A stretch of 64,000 nucleotides of DNA from Hypanus sabinus (lineage: Eukaryota): NCBI RefSeq assembly GCF_030144855.1, contig NC_082731.1, forward strand, positions 21,266,001-21,330,000, in the 5' to 3' direction. Below the pieces are notes generated by a model. That model made no database searches and had not been told where the DNA came from. It was given only the letters and a program-made list of their open reading frames with translations. Below, in pieces: positions 53,229-64,000 of this stretch; the stretch's first letter is position 1, and the number at the start of each line of letters is the position of its first letter. Made by a program: the position numbers and the translations under genes.

Positions 53229-55760
53229 GTGATGTTGTATACAGCGTCGGAAACATTTCGCAGAAAATGATCCCATAAAATCGATCTGTTTTTACATTAC
53301 AGAGTTTCAGATTGATACACGACCTAGGGCTTCCACAGACCCGAATTCTTCGAAAAGACATTGATAACTGTGAACCACAGCAAAGGTCAGCCCGGTGAGT
53401 TCCGCTCTGGGAAGGCAGAGGAACATAAGTGCATGCGGCGCGTTCTTTCCCCTGTAGAATGACAGCACATGCGCTGCCAGCAACTACATATGCCATCGCC
53501 TTCCTCTGCGCGGGCTGGTGCAATTTAAAGCAATTGGCATTGGGGAGTTCCTGGCCCGGGGGTAGGATGACGAAAGTCACCATATGCTGCAACATTTTGC
53601 TCCGTGAGCGGCTTCACAGCTAGGCTCAGAAATTGGTACTCCAGAAACGCGGCAGTGGAGGTGGTGGCTGGAGGAAGAAGCAGAGGGGATACAAACATGG
53701 ATTAAGTACAGATGGCCACCCGGACTGGAAGTCGGGAAGGCGAGAGCGGCTGATTGGGAACAACTTCGTTCCCCAGATCTTGTGATGCTGGAATGTACCT
53801 GGTTTGTGCACAGACTTACAGAATGTGCTGTGAACGGAGCCGGATACAGTGTGTGGCAGCAATTATAAAGGGTACAATCTTTGAAAACTTCCGAGGAGAT
53901 AGTTTATTCCGCAGTTTCGCTCCGCCGAGAGTCAAATCAATGGGCCGGAGTGAACGGAGTGCCAGCTCTGTTAGTTTAGCTCCTACGTGATAAGTGTCAT
54001 TCCCTACTCGGTGCCGGGATGTCTCTTTCCTCCCATAATGCAGAGTCTCTCACCCCTGGATGCTCTGCAGAAGCTGAGAAATGCATCTTTAAATTCGACA
54101 GACAGTGACTGTTACTGCACTGGCCATTTCACGGAACCATTTACCATTTCCTTTACTCACTAGGCTTTGGTCCTTTAGCCTCCCAAAGTAAAACTCTTCC
54201 ATCGACTCTGATGATTGGTCAATGCGATGTACAAAGACAACAGCAGCCGTCCCGTCTTTCGCGTACAAAATGCGTGACAGATCAATAGTTAAAAACTGAG
54301 AAAGATTTACCGGAAGATCACTATTAAAGTCTATGGTTGAAACAGAGGAAATGGACGAAGTCCATCCCGAATATATCTGTTTTCAATTTACAGTGGAGAA
54401 TAGAAATATGCCCTGGCGCTTAGCAGATTAACAGAGACTTCATGAAGGGAGCCAAGATTAGATGTTTTAGGTAGAGAAAAGGTAATAAAAACTTAGTCCC
54501 TTATCAGACTTATCCTACGAGATTGAACATCCAGAGAGAGTAAAGTGACTGGACCCTTCACTGTCTGAACAGTTGCCAAGACGGGCGGGTTGGCTGTGTG
54601 ATGGAAATTCCTTTGGATGTAACTCAGGAGGGAAAAAAGGGCGATCAACTGGTGCCTTGCATCTTTATAAAACCGAAAGGATGGATTGAGAGGTTTTTCT
54701 GACAGCACTCTATAACGAAAAATCACAATCACACAATGAAGGGTTGGCTATTCAAAGTTCAAAGTTAATTCATTTTAAAGGCATGCATATGTCATCATAC
54801 ACTAGCCAATATTCCCTAACTGGCGGGCATTCACAGTAAATACAAAGGCATTCAATGCAGTCAATGAAAAATGCACACAGAAAGAATGACAAAAAAACAA
54901 TATGCAAAAGAGGAGAATTGTACAAATATGTAAAATATAATAAACGTTTCAAATGTAATGAATAATATTCTGAAACGATTTGCCATGACCTCGGAAGTGA
55001 GTCGATACGTTATGCAATCAGTTGTACTGCGCTGAGTAAACAATTCAAGACTGGGTACTGGTGAAGTGGGTGGAGTGGGACCGAAAACATCTGTACCTCC
55101 CGGCCAATGGGTATAGTTCGAAGTGAGCATGGCCTGGATGCTGTGGGTCCTTGATGACAGTTGCTATATATTTTTGACAGTGCCTAATGTATATCTGAAG
55201 GAGGAGCCCAGCTGATAAATTATAAACTTAATTTAAACTGAAGTCAACCCAGATACTCCTTTTTAGGAGATTGTTGTTGACATTCATCGGCTATATTCAG
55301 TGCTGAAATCATTAGTTTTTTTTTTGTAAATTTGGTAGCTCTTATTAAGTTTTAATGCAACACTTTCACTGCGGCAGAAGAGGAATATCCATTGCATTTG
55401 TTGCAGCGTGCTCATTTTACGCAGCAAAAGCTGTGAGGTCGAATTTTGGAAACAACGATTATTGCTTAAAATCATTACATCATAATAAGTATCATATCAT
55501 AAGAGGGTTGCAGAACGAAACAAAATCTCCAGAGAAAGAACTACATCACGACGCTCCCGTGGCGCCCACGGCGGTGGGAAGAAAATGAGGGACCAGGAAG
55601 GAAGTTAACTTGCTATGAATGACAGAAAATATAAACAGACCATGGACACACTGATCGAGAGGTCCTGGCTTCGGGAATGTGGGAATGTCTTAGTTGGAGA
55701 ATATAAGTATTATGATATTATTATACTGAAAGAATGATGAAGGGGCAGACTAGCGGAAAG

Positions 55761-55895
55761 NNNNNNNNNNNNNNNNNNNNNNNNNNNNNNNNNNNNNNNN
55801 NNNNNNNNNNNNNNNNNNNNNNNNNNNNNNNNNNNNNNNNNNNNNNNNNNNNNNNNNNNNNNNNNNNNNNNNNNNNNNNNNNNNNNNNNNNNNNN
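55761..55895. other. Assembly gap (N run)
   Basis: Run of N. Confidence 1.
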
Positions 55896-56039
55896 AAAAA
55901 AACAGAGTCCATTAATGAAGGGCTCATGGAAGAGTGAAAATAAAATAGGGGAATTTGGATGGCGAGAGGAGAGATGGCGGTAGGGAGATTCCAAGAGTTA
56001 GACAGAGTAATGTCGTAGAGGTGAACAGAGAGAATGTCG

Positions 56040-56735
56040 GCTAACAAATATAACCATATAACAATCACAGCACGGAAACAGGCCATCTTGGCCCTCCTAG
56101 TCCGTGCCGAACCCTTAATCTCACCTAGTCCCACCTACCCGTACTCAGCCCATAACACTCCGCTCCTTTCCTGTCCATATACCTATCCAATTTTACCTTA
56201 AATGACACAACTGAACTGGCCTCTGCTACTTCTACAGGAAGCTCATTCCACACAGCTATCACTCTTTGAGTAAAGAAATACCCCCTCGTGTTTCCCTTAA
56301 ACTTCTGCCCCTAACTCTCAAATCATGTCCTCTAGTTTGAATTTCCCCTACTGTCAATGGAAACAGCCTGTTCACGTCTACTCTGTCTATCCCTCTCAAA
56401 TTTTTAAATACCTTGATCAAATCCCCCCTCAACCTTCTACGCTCCAATGAATAGAGACCTAACTTGTTCAACCTTTCTCTGTAACTTAATTGCTGAAACC
56501 CAGGTAACATCCTAGTAAATCGTCTCTGCACTCTCTCTGATTTATTGATATATTTCCTATAATTCGGTGACCAGAACTGCACAGAATATTCCAAATGTGG
56601 CCTTACCAATGCCTTGTACAACTTTAGCATTACATCCCAACTTCTGTACTCAATGCTTTGATTTATAAAGGCCAGCGTTCCAAAAGCCCTCTTCACCACC
56701 CTATCTACATGAGACTCCACTTTCAGGGAACTAAA
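56040..56735 (-). mobile_element. Young CR1 3' fragment
   Basis: Open ORF 56259..56720 'LVRPHLEYSVQFWSP...RRRLRGDLI'. Confidence 0.9.
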
Positions 56736-56772
56736 TCCACTTTCAGGGAACGAACTCCACTTTCAGGGAACT
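56716..56772. repeat. Three copies of TCCACTTTCAGGGAAC at 20-bp period
   Basis: Read directly from the sequence, at the 5' truncation point of the CR1 fragment. Confidence 0.9.
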
Positions 56773-56991
56773 ATAAAATATATTTGAAAATATAAGATAT
56801 TTGGAGATGGGGTGCGTATGGGGACAGCTGGAGCCTCAGAGTGAGTGACAGATATTCAATTAGATGGATTGCATTTGCTCTGTTAAACGGTTTAAACAGG
56901 CCTCAGGCGGTCAACATGTGGTAAACAACAACTCTTTATAGCAGGTCGCAAGCACTCCAGCGTTTTTCTAGATTAAGTTGTCCTGTTTCAG

Positions 56992-58500
56992 CACGTTGAT
57001 AAACGGTGCTTGTCAGTCTCCTTCTGACTGAATTAATGTGGAGACAGGTCAAGTATAATATTAGTGCGTACTTTCCTAAAAGAGAACGCTCATTACCTTG
57101 GTATATTCAACATCGTGGGGATATGTTCAAATTCCAGCTGAATAAGTATAATTTGGAAATATCGAAAGCTTTCAAGATTGTCCAGAATCACTAGAAACAG
57201 AGTTACCTGGAGTATATTTCTTCTCATTTCACCACTCTAAAAACTGTCACCTCCATCACGTAGTTTCTAGGCCTCCGCAACACCTGCTTTCAGGCAGATG
57301 GTTTTAATTGCAGAACCACTGACATATCCTCTTTCTGCACAGAAAAGGTCTTTCAGTCCTCCACTAACAACTATTGCCCTCATCCGCATCACTCCAATTC
57401 TGCTCACATCTGCACTCCACTATCCTACCACCACATCAATAGGGATGGGTTTGCTCTTCTCATCACCTAGGACCCCACTAGTTTCTACATCACGCACATA
57501 ATTTTCCATAACTTCCGTCATCACTATTATACCTTTCCCTACACCGTCACCGCCCCACCTTCTGCATTCTAAAGGGGTCCCTCCCCACGCTAAATCTTTA
57601 TGCAGTCGGCCCACCACACTGATCTCCCTCCTGTTTGCATTCCTGGAAGTGTATTGTTCGGTAGCTGCCCCTAAACATCTTGTCCCACTGTCAGACAGGG
57701 TTCAAAATGCGCCGGCAATGCCATGGCGCTCTTTACCAACTGGTGTATTGGGATCATCTGCTGGATTCGGTGCTCCCGGTATGGTCTCCTGCGCGACATG
57801 ACTTAGGTTGAGTCGGCTTCGTAGAGTACCACAGAAGGCGACATCGTCGATTGTGGCCACCTATTTCAATCCTGTTTCCCATTCACATTCAGGCATTTCA
57901 CTCCAAGGTCTCCTCTCCTGCCATGATAAGGACATATTCAGGATGGTGGAAACACACCATATATTCCGTCTCAGTAGATTTCAACCTGATGTCATGAACA
58001 TCGAGAATTCGAACTTCTGATGATTCTGATAATTGCCCGGCATTTCATCCCCCATTTGCTTTTCCATATATCGCCTCATTCTCTCCATCTGATGTCGCCC
58101 CCCTTTCCATTGTCCCATGGATGACTGTTTCGACTGTCACTTTACCAATTCTCCAAACTTTTTATCAATTTTACCAATCAACTATAAGGATGTTTGTTTC
58201 ACCCCTTCCTCCTCTGCCTGCTTGAGCGATTGTTTACCATCAGAACTGTGCTGCCCTCTCCCATTTTCGAACTCTTAATTTTCCCCATCCTGTTCAGTCC
58301 ATTAGAATCGTATTGGCGGGAAACAACAACGGTTTCTCTTTTCCTTTGATTCTGCCTTGTCTTCCTGTGTATTTCCTCCATTTTGTGTATGTTCATCAAG
58401 GACGTTCAGGTTTTACTGAGCTGTTCAATCTGAGGAATATGTTTAAATATTCCCGAGTGGTCTGTGTCGGACTGACCGTATATCTCAATGCCATTGCGCT
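56992..58500 (+). pseudogene. TCR V pseudogene (V-C) split by a Penelope-like insertion
   Basis: 5' half after a CCTGTTTCAG acceptor: 'QSPSD..NVETGQV', 'WYIQHRGDMFKFQL'. 3' half ~58393-58500: 'QGR', 'LNIPEWSVSD..TVYL.A', similar at DNA level to V-B2 34267-34312. Confidence 0.6.
57190..58392 (+). mobile_element. Penelope-like element 3' part (GIY-YIG end plus terminal repeat)
   Basis: 'VATYFNPVSHSHS...HHIFRLSRFQPDVMNIENSNF' (57808..58020), then the pyrimidine-rich terminal repeat. Confidence 0.7.
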
Positions 58501-58540
58501 CACGGTATGTAGGCAGACATTAGCCTGATAAACAATAACG
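58501..58540 (+). other. Degenerate RSS of V-C, CACGGTA - 24 bp - ACAATAACG
   Basis: Position directly after the V 3' half; nonamer matches consensus at 7 of 9. Confidence 0.5.
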
Positions 58541-58581
58541 TCAAGGCAGACATAAGCACAGATTCTCTGACGCTTTCACTG

Positions 58582-58590
58582 ACACACACA

Positions 58591-58628
<38 letters not shown>
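58582..58628. repeat. (CA)n microsatellite
   Basis: Read directly from the sequence. Confidence 0.95.
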
Positions 58629-58632
<4 letters not shown>

Positions 58633-58654
58633 TATAGAGGAAGCGGCAAAGAAA

Positions 58655-58917
58655 GATGCTCAGTTACTCAGGGACATCGTCAAATTCTTATCATATTCTG
58701 GTATCCTCAGGAACGTCTGATATGCGGTGTAAGCATATGTTCAGAAACAGAACTCCCACTCGTGATAATCCGGAGCAGTTGTCAGGTTCTTTGCTGAAAG
58801 TCGGCAAACCACGAATTAAATCGTTTTATATAAATATATTCCGCTGGTTTCCACTATGTACTCCATTGACATTTGGAGACCTGCAGCCCCAGGTAGCTAG
58901 AGGGTGTTCTCACGATG
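58655..58917 (+). pseudogene. Degenerate, 5'-truncated TCR V of the V-A family
   Basis: TCAAATTCTTATCATATTCTGGTATCCTCAGGAACGTCTGAT aligns with V-A2 TCAAACTATTATTTATTCTGGTACCGGCAAACGTCAGAT; 'FAESR' versus FAQSR/FARTR; 'LTFGDLQP' versus LTISSLQL. Confidence 0.55.
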
Positions 58918-60226
58918 GGACAAGAGCTCATGAAAAATTCGAAACCTTTTGAAAAGAGTTATATTTACTTCAAGGAGCCGCTATTATCATAAAGTGAAGA
59001 GTGTTTTTGTCAGTTGAAACACTTGATAATCCCCGGAAGAACTCTGTTATTTGTCTCCGTCAATCTGTGTCTCTCTATCGTTCTGTTTATTTGCATTCTA
59101 CTATCCAGTATGTGATTCCTTCAACTTCTTCGCCTCCACCACAAACTTTCTTCTGCCACTTGATAAGTTCACATAGGTGGGAAACTGCTAGAAAATTCTT
59201 CAGTCTAATGAACAATTAAAAGAGAGAGTGGACTATGACTTGCTTTTGATAACTCTTTTATTTGTGAACTTGATCGAGAGAGTAAGGCGCCAGCTGAGAC
59301 ACAAGCTTCGAAGTCACCATGGTAATAACTCAGAGCACCTAAGCTGACGGACGGTTGGAATTTCGAATGGATTATAAAAAGATAAGTTATTTTGCTCTGA
59401 CATGACACGGGGAGAATTGCGGAAGCTACACGAGAAACCACTGGTAGAGTTTAAGAGCACCAAGAGGGTGGAGGCCACGGACCGATTAATTTCGACCCGT
59501 GATTACCAGGGTGGGTGAGAGCTTGCCTGTGGGGGTCTGCTGATGGTAAAACCGTGCCGTGGGTTAGTCGACCGTTCCCTAGAAGGGGCTCTGTCTAGCT
59601 TCCTCTGTGCGGGGTTCACACGAACTGATTCGAAAGACTTCGGAAGCAAGAACAACTGAAACTGACAACTTAAACATCCACACAATTAACTCTCTCTATC
59701 TCTCACTCTCTCCATCAATTCAAGTCGACGCAACACAAAGTGAACTGAACTGCTTAAACTTACCTGAAACCGTAAGACTGATATCTACCTCCGGGAATAT
59801 GATCTTTCTATCCACACTCCAGTTGTGTTCTATCCATTTCTGCTGGTCCTTCTCAACTCGTCACGGAATTGGTGACAATAACCACTCATATTTTTTTCTT
59901 GTTTTGTTTTAATTATTCCCCATTTCAGGCATCCTTTCAGTTTTGGGACAATCGGGAGCAGTGTTATGCATTTTGTTAATATGCGTGAAGTCATCTTATG
60001 GAATGTCAACGTGAATGCTGTCACTCATTCAAAAAATGTTATCTCCTTCGCGGCCTGTTTCTAACAGAGCTGCCGTTTGTTCTTTCCACATTTCCAGTAA
60101 TTCCTGCAGATATTATTTTATGGCAGATAGTGCGTCTGTGTCTCTCTCTCTCTCGCTCAATCTCTTTCTCTTTCACTCTTTCAAGGCAGACATAAGCATA
60201 GATTTCCCTCGCTCTCCTCTCTGTCG

Positions 60227-60227
<1 letters not shown>

Positions 60228-60257
<30 letters not shown>

Positions 60258-60288
60258 ATACACACACACACACACACACACAAACACA
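60228..60288. repeat. (CT)n(CA)n compound microsatellite
   Basis: Read directly from the sequence. Confidence 0.95.
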
Positions 60289-60549
60289 CCTAATGTACCT
60301 CCATCTGTCCAACTCCCGCATTGAATTTCAACGTTTTCAATGAAATTATTCTCTGAAAGTTCTGAGTAATCCAATCCCAGCCGCACGCATTCCAAATGCC
60401 AGAAAGAAATATGTAATCAGTATTCAGGCGGTCAGATTCCTTTCAGATTAGACAGTATTTCATAGTGCCAAGCTCCTTCTTTAATTGACATGAGCTTATT
60501 TTGTTTAAATCATTCCCATCAAGAAGTTGACCCGTTTTCCTCGAGCAAG

Positions 60550-60700
60550 TGAATCCACCATGGGGAGGTGTACCGCTCTGCAATTATAGGAGCTTATGGC
60601 ATAAGAAAGCCGGGAGCTGTTGTCCTAGATCTACTTCGTCCACGTCGCATCAGAGAATAGGCGGGGCAAATGTTAAGAGGAAGCCTTCGCATTGCTTTGA
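60550..60700 (+). promoter_or_regulatory. Putative V-A2 promoter with AATAGGCGG-N10-AAGAGGAAG (Ets-like core)
   Basis: Shared motif and spacing with V-A1. Confidence 0.55.
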
Positions 60701-60822
60701 TTTTCGTGTCCGTACCACTATATCAATCGTACCAGCCGTGAAAAACAGTAGAATCGGAATACCGTGAATACTGACTACAAGTTCCAGCGAAAATTCTCAA
60801 TCAACCCACCTTTTACAGAAAG

Positions 60823-60868
60823 ATGAGTTGGTTCGCCCTCTGGATTGTGTGCGGAATGTGGTTAACTG
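60823..60868 (+). CDS. Leader exon of V-A2: MSWFALWIVCGMWLT(D)
   Basis: 46 nt, phase-1 GTAAAT donor at 60869; in frame with the V exon. Confidence 0.85.
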
Positions 60869-60960
60869 GTAAATGCTCAACAGACAAATAAACAAGAGTC
60901 TCGAACCCGAATTCTGCAGGTCGGCTATTTAATGTTTTATTATATGAAACTATTTTTCAG

Positions 60961-61267
60961 ATCAAGGTCAGGGTGACATTGTCACTCAGAATAATGCACC
61001 AGCAGTGAAGACAGAAGAGGGGAGTGTGACGATCAGCTGCAGCTATGAAACCTCATTTTCAAACTATTATTTATTCTGGTACCGGCAAACGTCAGATCAA
61101 AGACTCCAGTACATACTGAAAAAATATTATTCTGGAGCTGAATATAAAGCAGATTTTGCTCGAACTCGCTTCCATGTCCACCTGGAAGTGGAAAGAAAAT
61201 TAATAATTTTGACAATATCATCGTTGCAATTAAGCGACTCTGCAGTTTATTACTGTGCCCTCAGCCG
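60961..61267 (+). CDS. TRAV/TRDV: TCR alpha/delta V exon, open (V-A2): QGQG DIVTQNNAPAVKTEEGSVTISCSYETSFSNYYLFWYRQ...SLQLSDSAVYYCALSR
   Basis: TTTTTCAG acceptor; 307 nt; canonical C, W and YYC; about 62 of 98 residues identical to V-A1 by hand alignment. Confidence 0.92.
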
Positions 61268-61306
61268 CACAGTGATTTATTTTATTTAAATTCCCGTACA
61301 AAAACA
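61268..61306 (+). other. RSS, CACAGTG - 23 bp - ACAAAAACA
   Basis: Consensus heptamer, exact 23-bp spacer, nonamer matching at 8 of 9. Confidence 0.95.
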
Positions 61307-61327
61307 CAGTCAGTTTAATATATTTTC

Positions 61328-61355
61328 CAGGTGCAGCTATATATAGCTGCACCTG
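61328..61355. repeat. Perfect 28-bp palindrome CAGGTGCAGCTATATATAGCTGCACCTG
   Basis: Read directly from the sequence; an E-box at each end. Confidence 0.95.
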
Positions 61356-62329
61356 TGTCCTAATTGTGGTTTCTTCACGCCACGAAGACCTGTTCCAATT
61401 CTTTCAGTTTCCCTCAATACATCCGCGAAGATTACGCTGCTGATAAATCTGCACGGCAGTTTCCAGTGTCAGATAAAGAACGAAAGCCACGCTACCTGCA
61501 TTGATTTATGAAATATATACAAGTGGATGACTCAGCCAGCGCTTTCTTACCACACCAAGCGAATCACACGCTCTATCGTTCCATTTTTTTTCGTTTCGTA
61601 TAGGGATTAGTACCCTAGACGTTGCCAGTTCGCAAATTTGACAATAGTATTGATTTCTTTAAAAAAGCACAAACGTTTAACGTCAGTGACCAGATTATTG
61701 GGCATTCCAACCGACAGCCAACGCAGTCAGATGGAGAAGGGAAATTCACCCGAGCAGAAGTGAGTTCCTTTCCAGTCTCAGGAATTTTATGCAGTATCTG
61801 ACACCGTGAAATAGACCTGTTTTTATGTCGACGCTATTCAATTTATACTTCCGCTGTATCGTCTACAAGTCCGAAATCTTCAAGAAGGCATTGATCATTC
61901 TGAATCTTGGCAAATACCGGCCTTTTAAGTTCTGCCCTGGGAAGGCAAAAATTATACTGCCGTCAATTGCCATGGTTCAATATAAGTTCATACGCCACGT
62001 TGCCCCGCCAATACAATGACAGAACAAGCTCCGTCTTCTGTTGTACAACGTCATTGTTATTCCTCTGCGAGGATTCTAGCTGATTAAAGCAGACGGGTAG
62101 GGCAGATCCCGAGCCCGCGGGATAGGACACGAAGAACAAATACCATCCAGCAGCAATTCATACTAGGACGGCTTCACAGATAGTCTGAGCAATTGGCAGT
62201 GGAGGTGCCTGCAGAAGGAAGAAGCGGAATGGAGACAGACAAGAGGAAAGTGGGAAGGGGGAGGCATGGAGGCGGGCCAAGCGAGAGAGGAAGTTTGGGA
62301 AGAAGCAGCACTAATGTGTAATGCTACTG

Positions 62330-64000
62330 AGTCCTCCGAGAACATGTAAGAACATAAAGCAACAAGACACTGGAGAAGAATTTGGCTAATTGAGTCTGCT
62401 GGGTGTACATGGCTGTTGTATATTCATGGCTGTGGAAATCCGCTCCTCAGTCCCAAGTCCTAGTATTCTCCCCGTAATCTTACATGCTACGGCTTATCAA
62501 CAACAGATCGTGCTCTGCCTTATATATGCACAACGACCGAGCTTTCACAATGACATGTGGTAATAAAGTCCACAGATTCATCACTGGCTGGCAAAAGAAA
62601 AGAAAAATCTCCATCTGCTATAAATTGACGCCCCTCCATGCTGAGACTGTGCGCTATTGTTCTAGACACAACCACCGTCTGCAACATTCTTTCAGCATGT
62701 ACGTTGCCAAGGCCTTTCAACATTCAAAAGGCTTTAAATGCCAATGCCACTCTTCCCTCCAAATTACAGCCGTGAAGACCCAGAGATATCAAACGTTCCT
62801 CGTATGATAACCACTTTCATTCGCAGAAACACTCTTGTGAAACTTCTCTGAATCCTCATCAATGCCAGCACATATTTTCCCAGATGAGGAAACAAAATGG
62901 ATCACAATACTGAACGTGGGACTTTACCCGTGCCTTATAAATCCTCAGCATCATATCGCTGCTCTGGAAATGAATGCTCAAATTTCATTCCGTTCTTTGC
63001 GCTGAATCTGTCCGGAGGGTATCCTTTAGGGTGCTCTCTATAAGAAATTCTAAGTCCCTTTGCATCTCATGTTGTTTTTAATTTTGTTTTTCTCTGTTTA
63101 GAGTATAGTCTGCACAATTATTCCTACAAATGTGCATTTTCAACATTGCATTTCATTCGCTTCTCTCTAGTCCAATGTTGTAACCCGTTTAGGTCCTTCG
63201 GCAACTACACTGTATCGTTAATACTCTCTGTCTCCAGCACCCAACTTCATAGCAGCTGCAAACGTTGCCAAAAAGCCATCTATTCCATCCTGTAAATCTT
63301 CCATATGCAACATCAAACGAAACGGTCCCAGCAGCGATCCTTGCGAAACGAACCTATTCTCAGGCAGCAAAGCAGTAAAAGCCCATTTTATATAAATTTC
63401 CTGCCTGCTACCAATCGGCCAACGCGGTAATTATTCCTGTAATGCCATGGGCTCTTAATCCGGTAAACTGCCTCATGCTTGCCACCTGATCAGCGGCCTT
63501 CTGAAATCCGAAATATACAACATCTTCTGCACGCCACCCCCACCGCGCCACCTAATACACCTTAGTTATAATCTCCACAAACTTTCTAGCAGTTTCATCA
63601 GAATCTATTTTCCCTTAAGGAAACCATGTTGACTTTGTCCTCTGTTCCCTTGTGTCGCCAAGTACTCTATAACCTCATCCTTAATAATGACTCCGACATC
63701 TTCCCAACCACTGAGGTCAGCTGAACTGCTCTGTAATCTCTTTTCTACTGTCTTCCTACATTCGTAAAGACTGGACTTCCATTTGCAATTACCAGTCATC
63801 TGTCACCATGCCATGCAATGATTTTTTGAGAGATCTTTACTAAGTAAGACATTTGACAAGGTTCCACACGCTAGGCTTATTCAGAAAGTCAGAGGGCATG
63901 GGATCCAGGGACGTTTGGCCAGGTTGATTCATAATTGGCTTGCCTGCAGAAGGCAGAGGGAAGTGGTGGAGGGAGTACATTCAGATTGGAGGGTTGTGAC
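62330..64000. mobile_element. Degraded CR1 fragments (minus to ~63840, plus from ~63841)
   Basis: 'QSQHGFLKGK' on minus; 'AFDKVPHARLIQK..GHGIQG' on plus. Confidence 0.7.

Noticed and set aside
53575-53815. 'VTICC', 'NWY' and 'DAGMYLVCA' at V-like spacing
   Set aside because: The motifs are in different frames, the middle is not V-like, and there is no nonamer after CACAGAC.
1-64000. NAR-TCR or IgH-like V cassettes, D/J/C segments, tRNA, rRNA, CRISPR
   Set aside because: I saw no paired 12/23 RSS, FGXG motif, constant exon, or structured RNA gene or array. A small or degenerate one could be missed by eye or hidden in a gap.

Overview
Vertebrate genomic DNA, most likely a cartilaginous fish (inferred from the repeat families and V-gene style). 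About three quarters is decayed transposable elements (L1, CR1, Rex1/Babar, Penelope-like, a Buster-type hAT, Tc1, LTR remnants), with five N gaps. The informative content is part of a T-cell receptor alpha/delta V-segment array. Two V genes look intact (leader exon, short intron, 307-nt V exon, 22/23-bp-spacer RSS) and lie in opposite orientations: 19517-19991 on minus and 60823-61306 on plus. At least four V pseudogenes are also present, at about 26.3, 33.9, 57.0-58.5 (split by a Penelope-like insertion) and 58.7 kb. I found no D, J or C segments. The best second-look signals: a position-conserved promoter motif and a gapless conserved block 3' of the RSS shared by the two intact V genes; a canonical -1 frameshift heptamer at the ORF1/ORF2 junction of both long CR1 copies; hammerhead-ribozyme relics in Penelope-like repeats; and a young hAT with a perfect TSD. 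All alignments and counts were done by eye, and TE boundaries are approximate unless a TSD or TIR is given.
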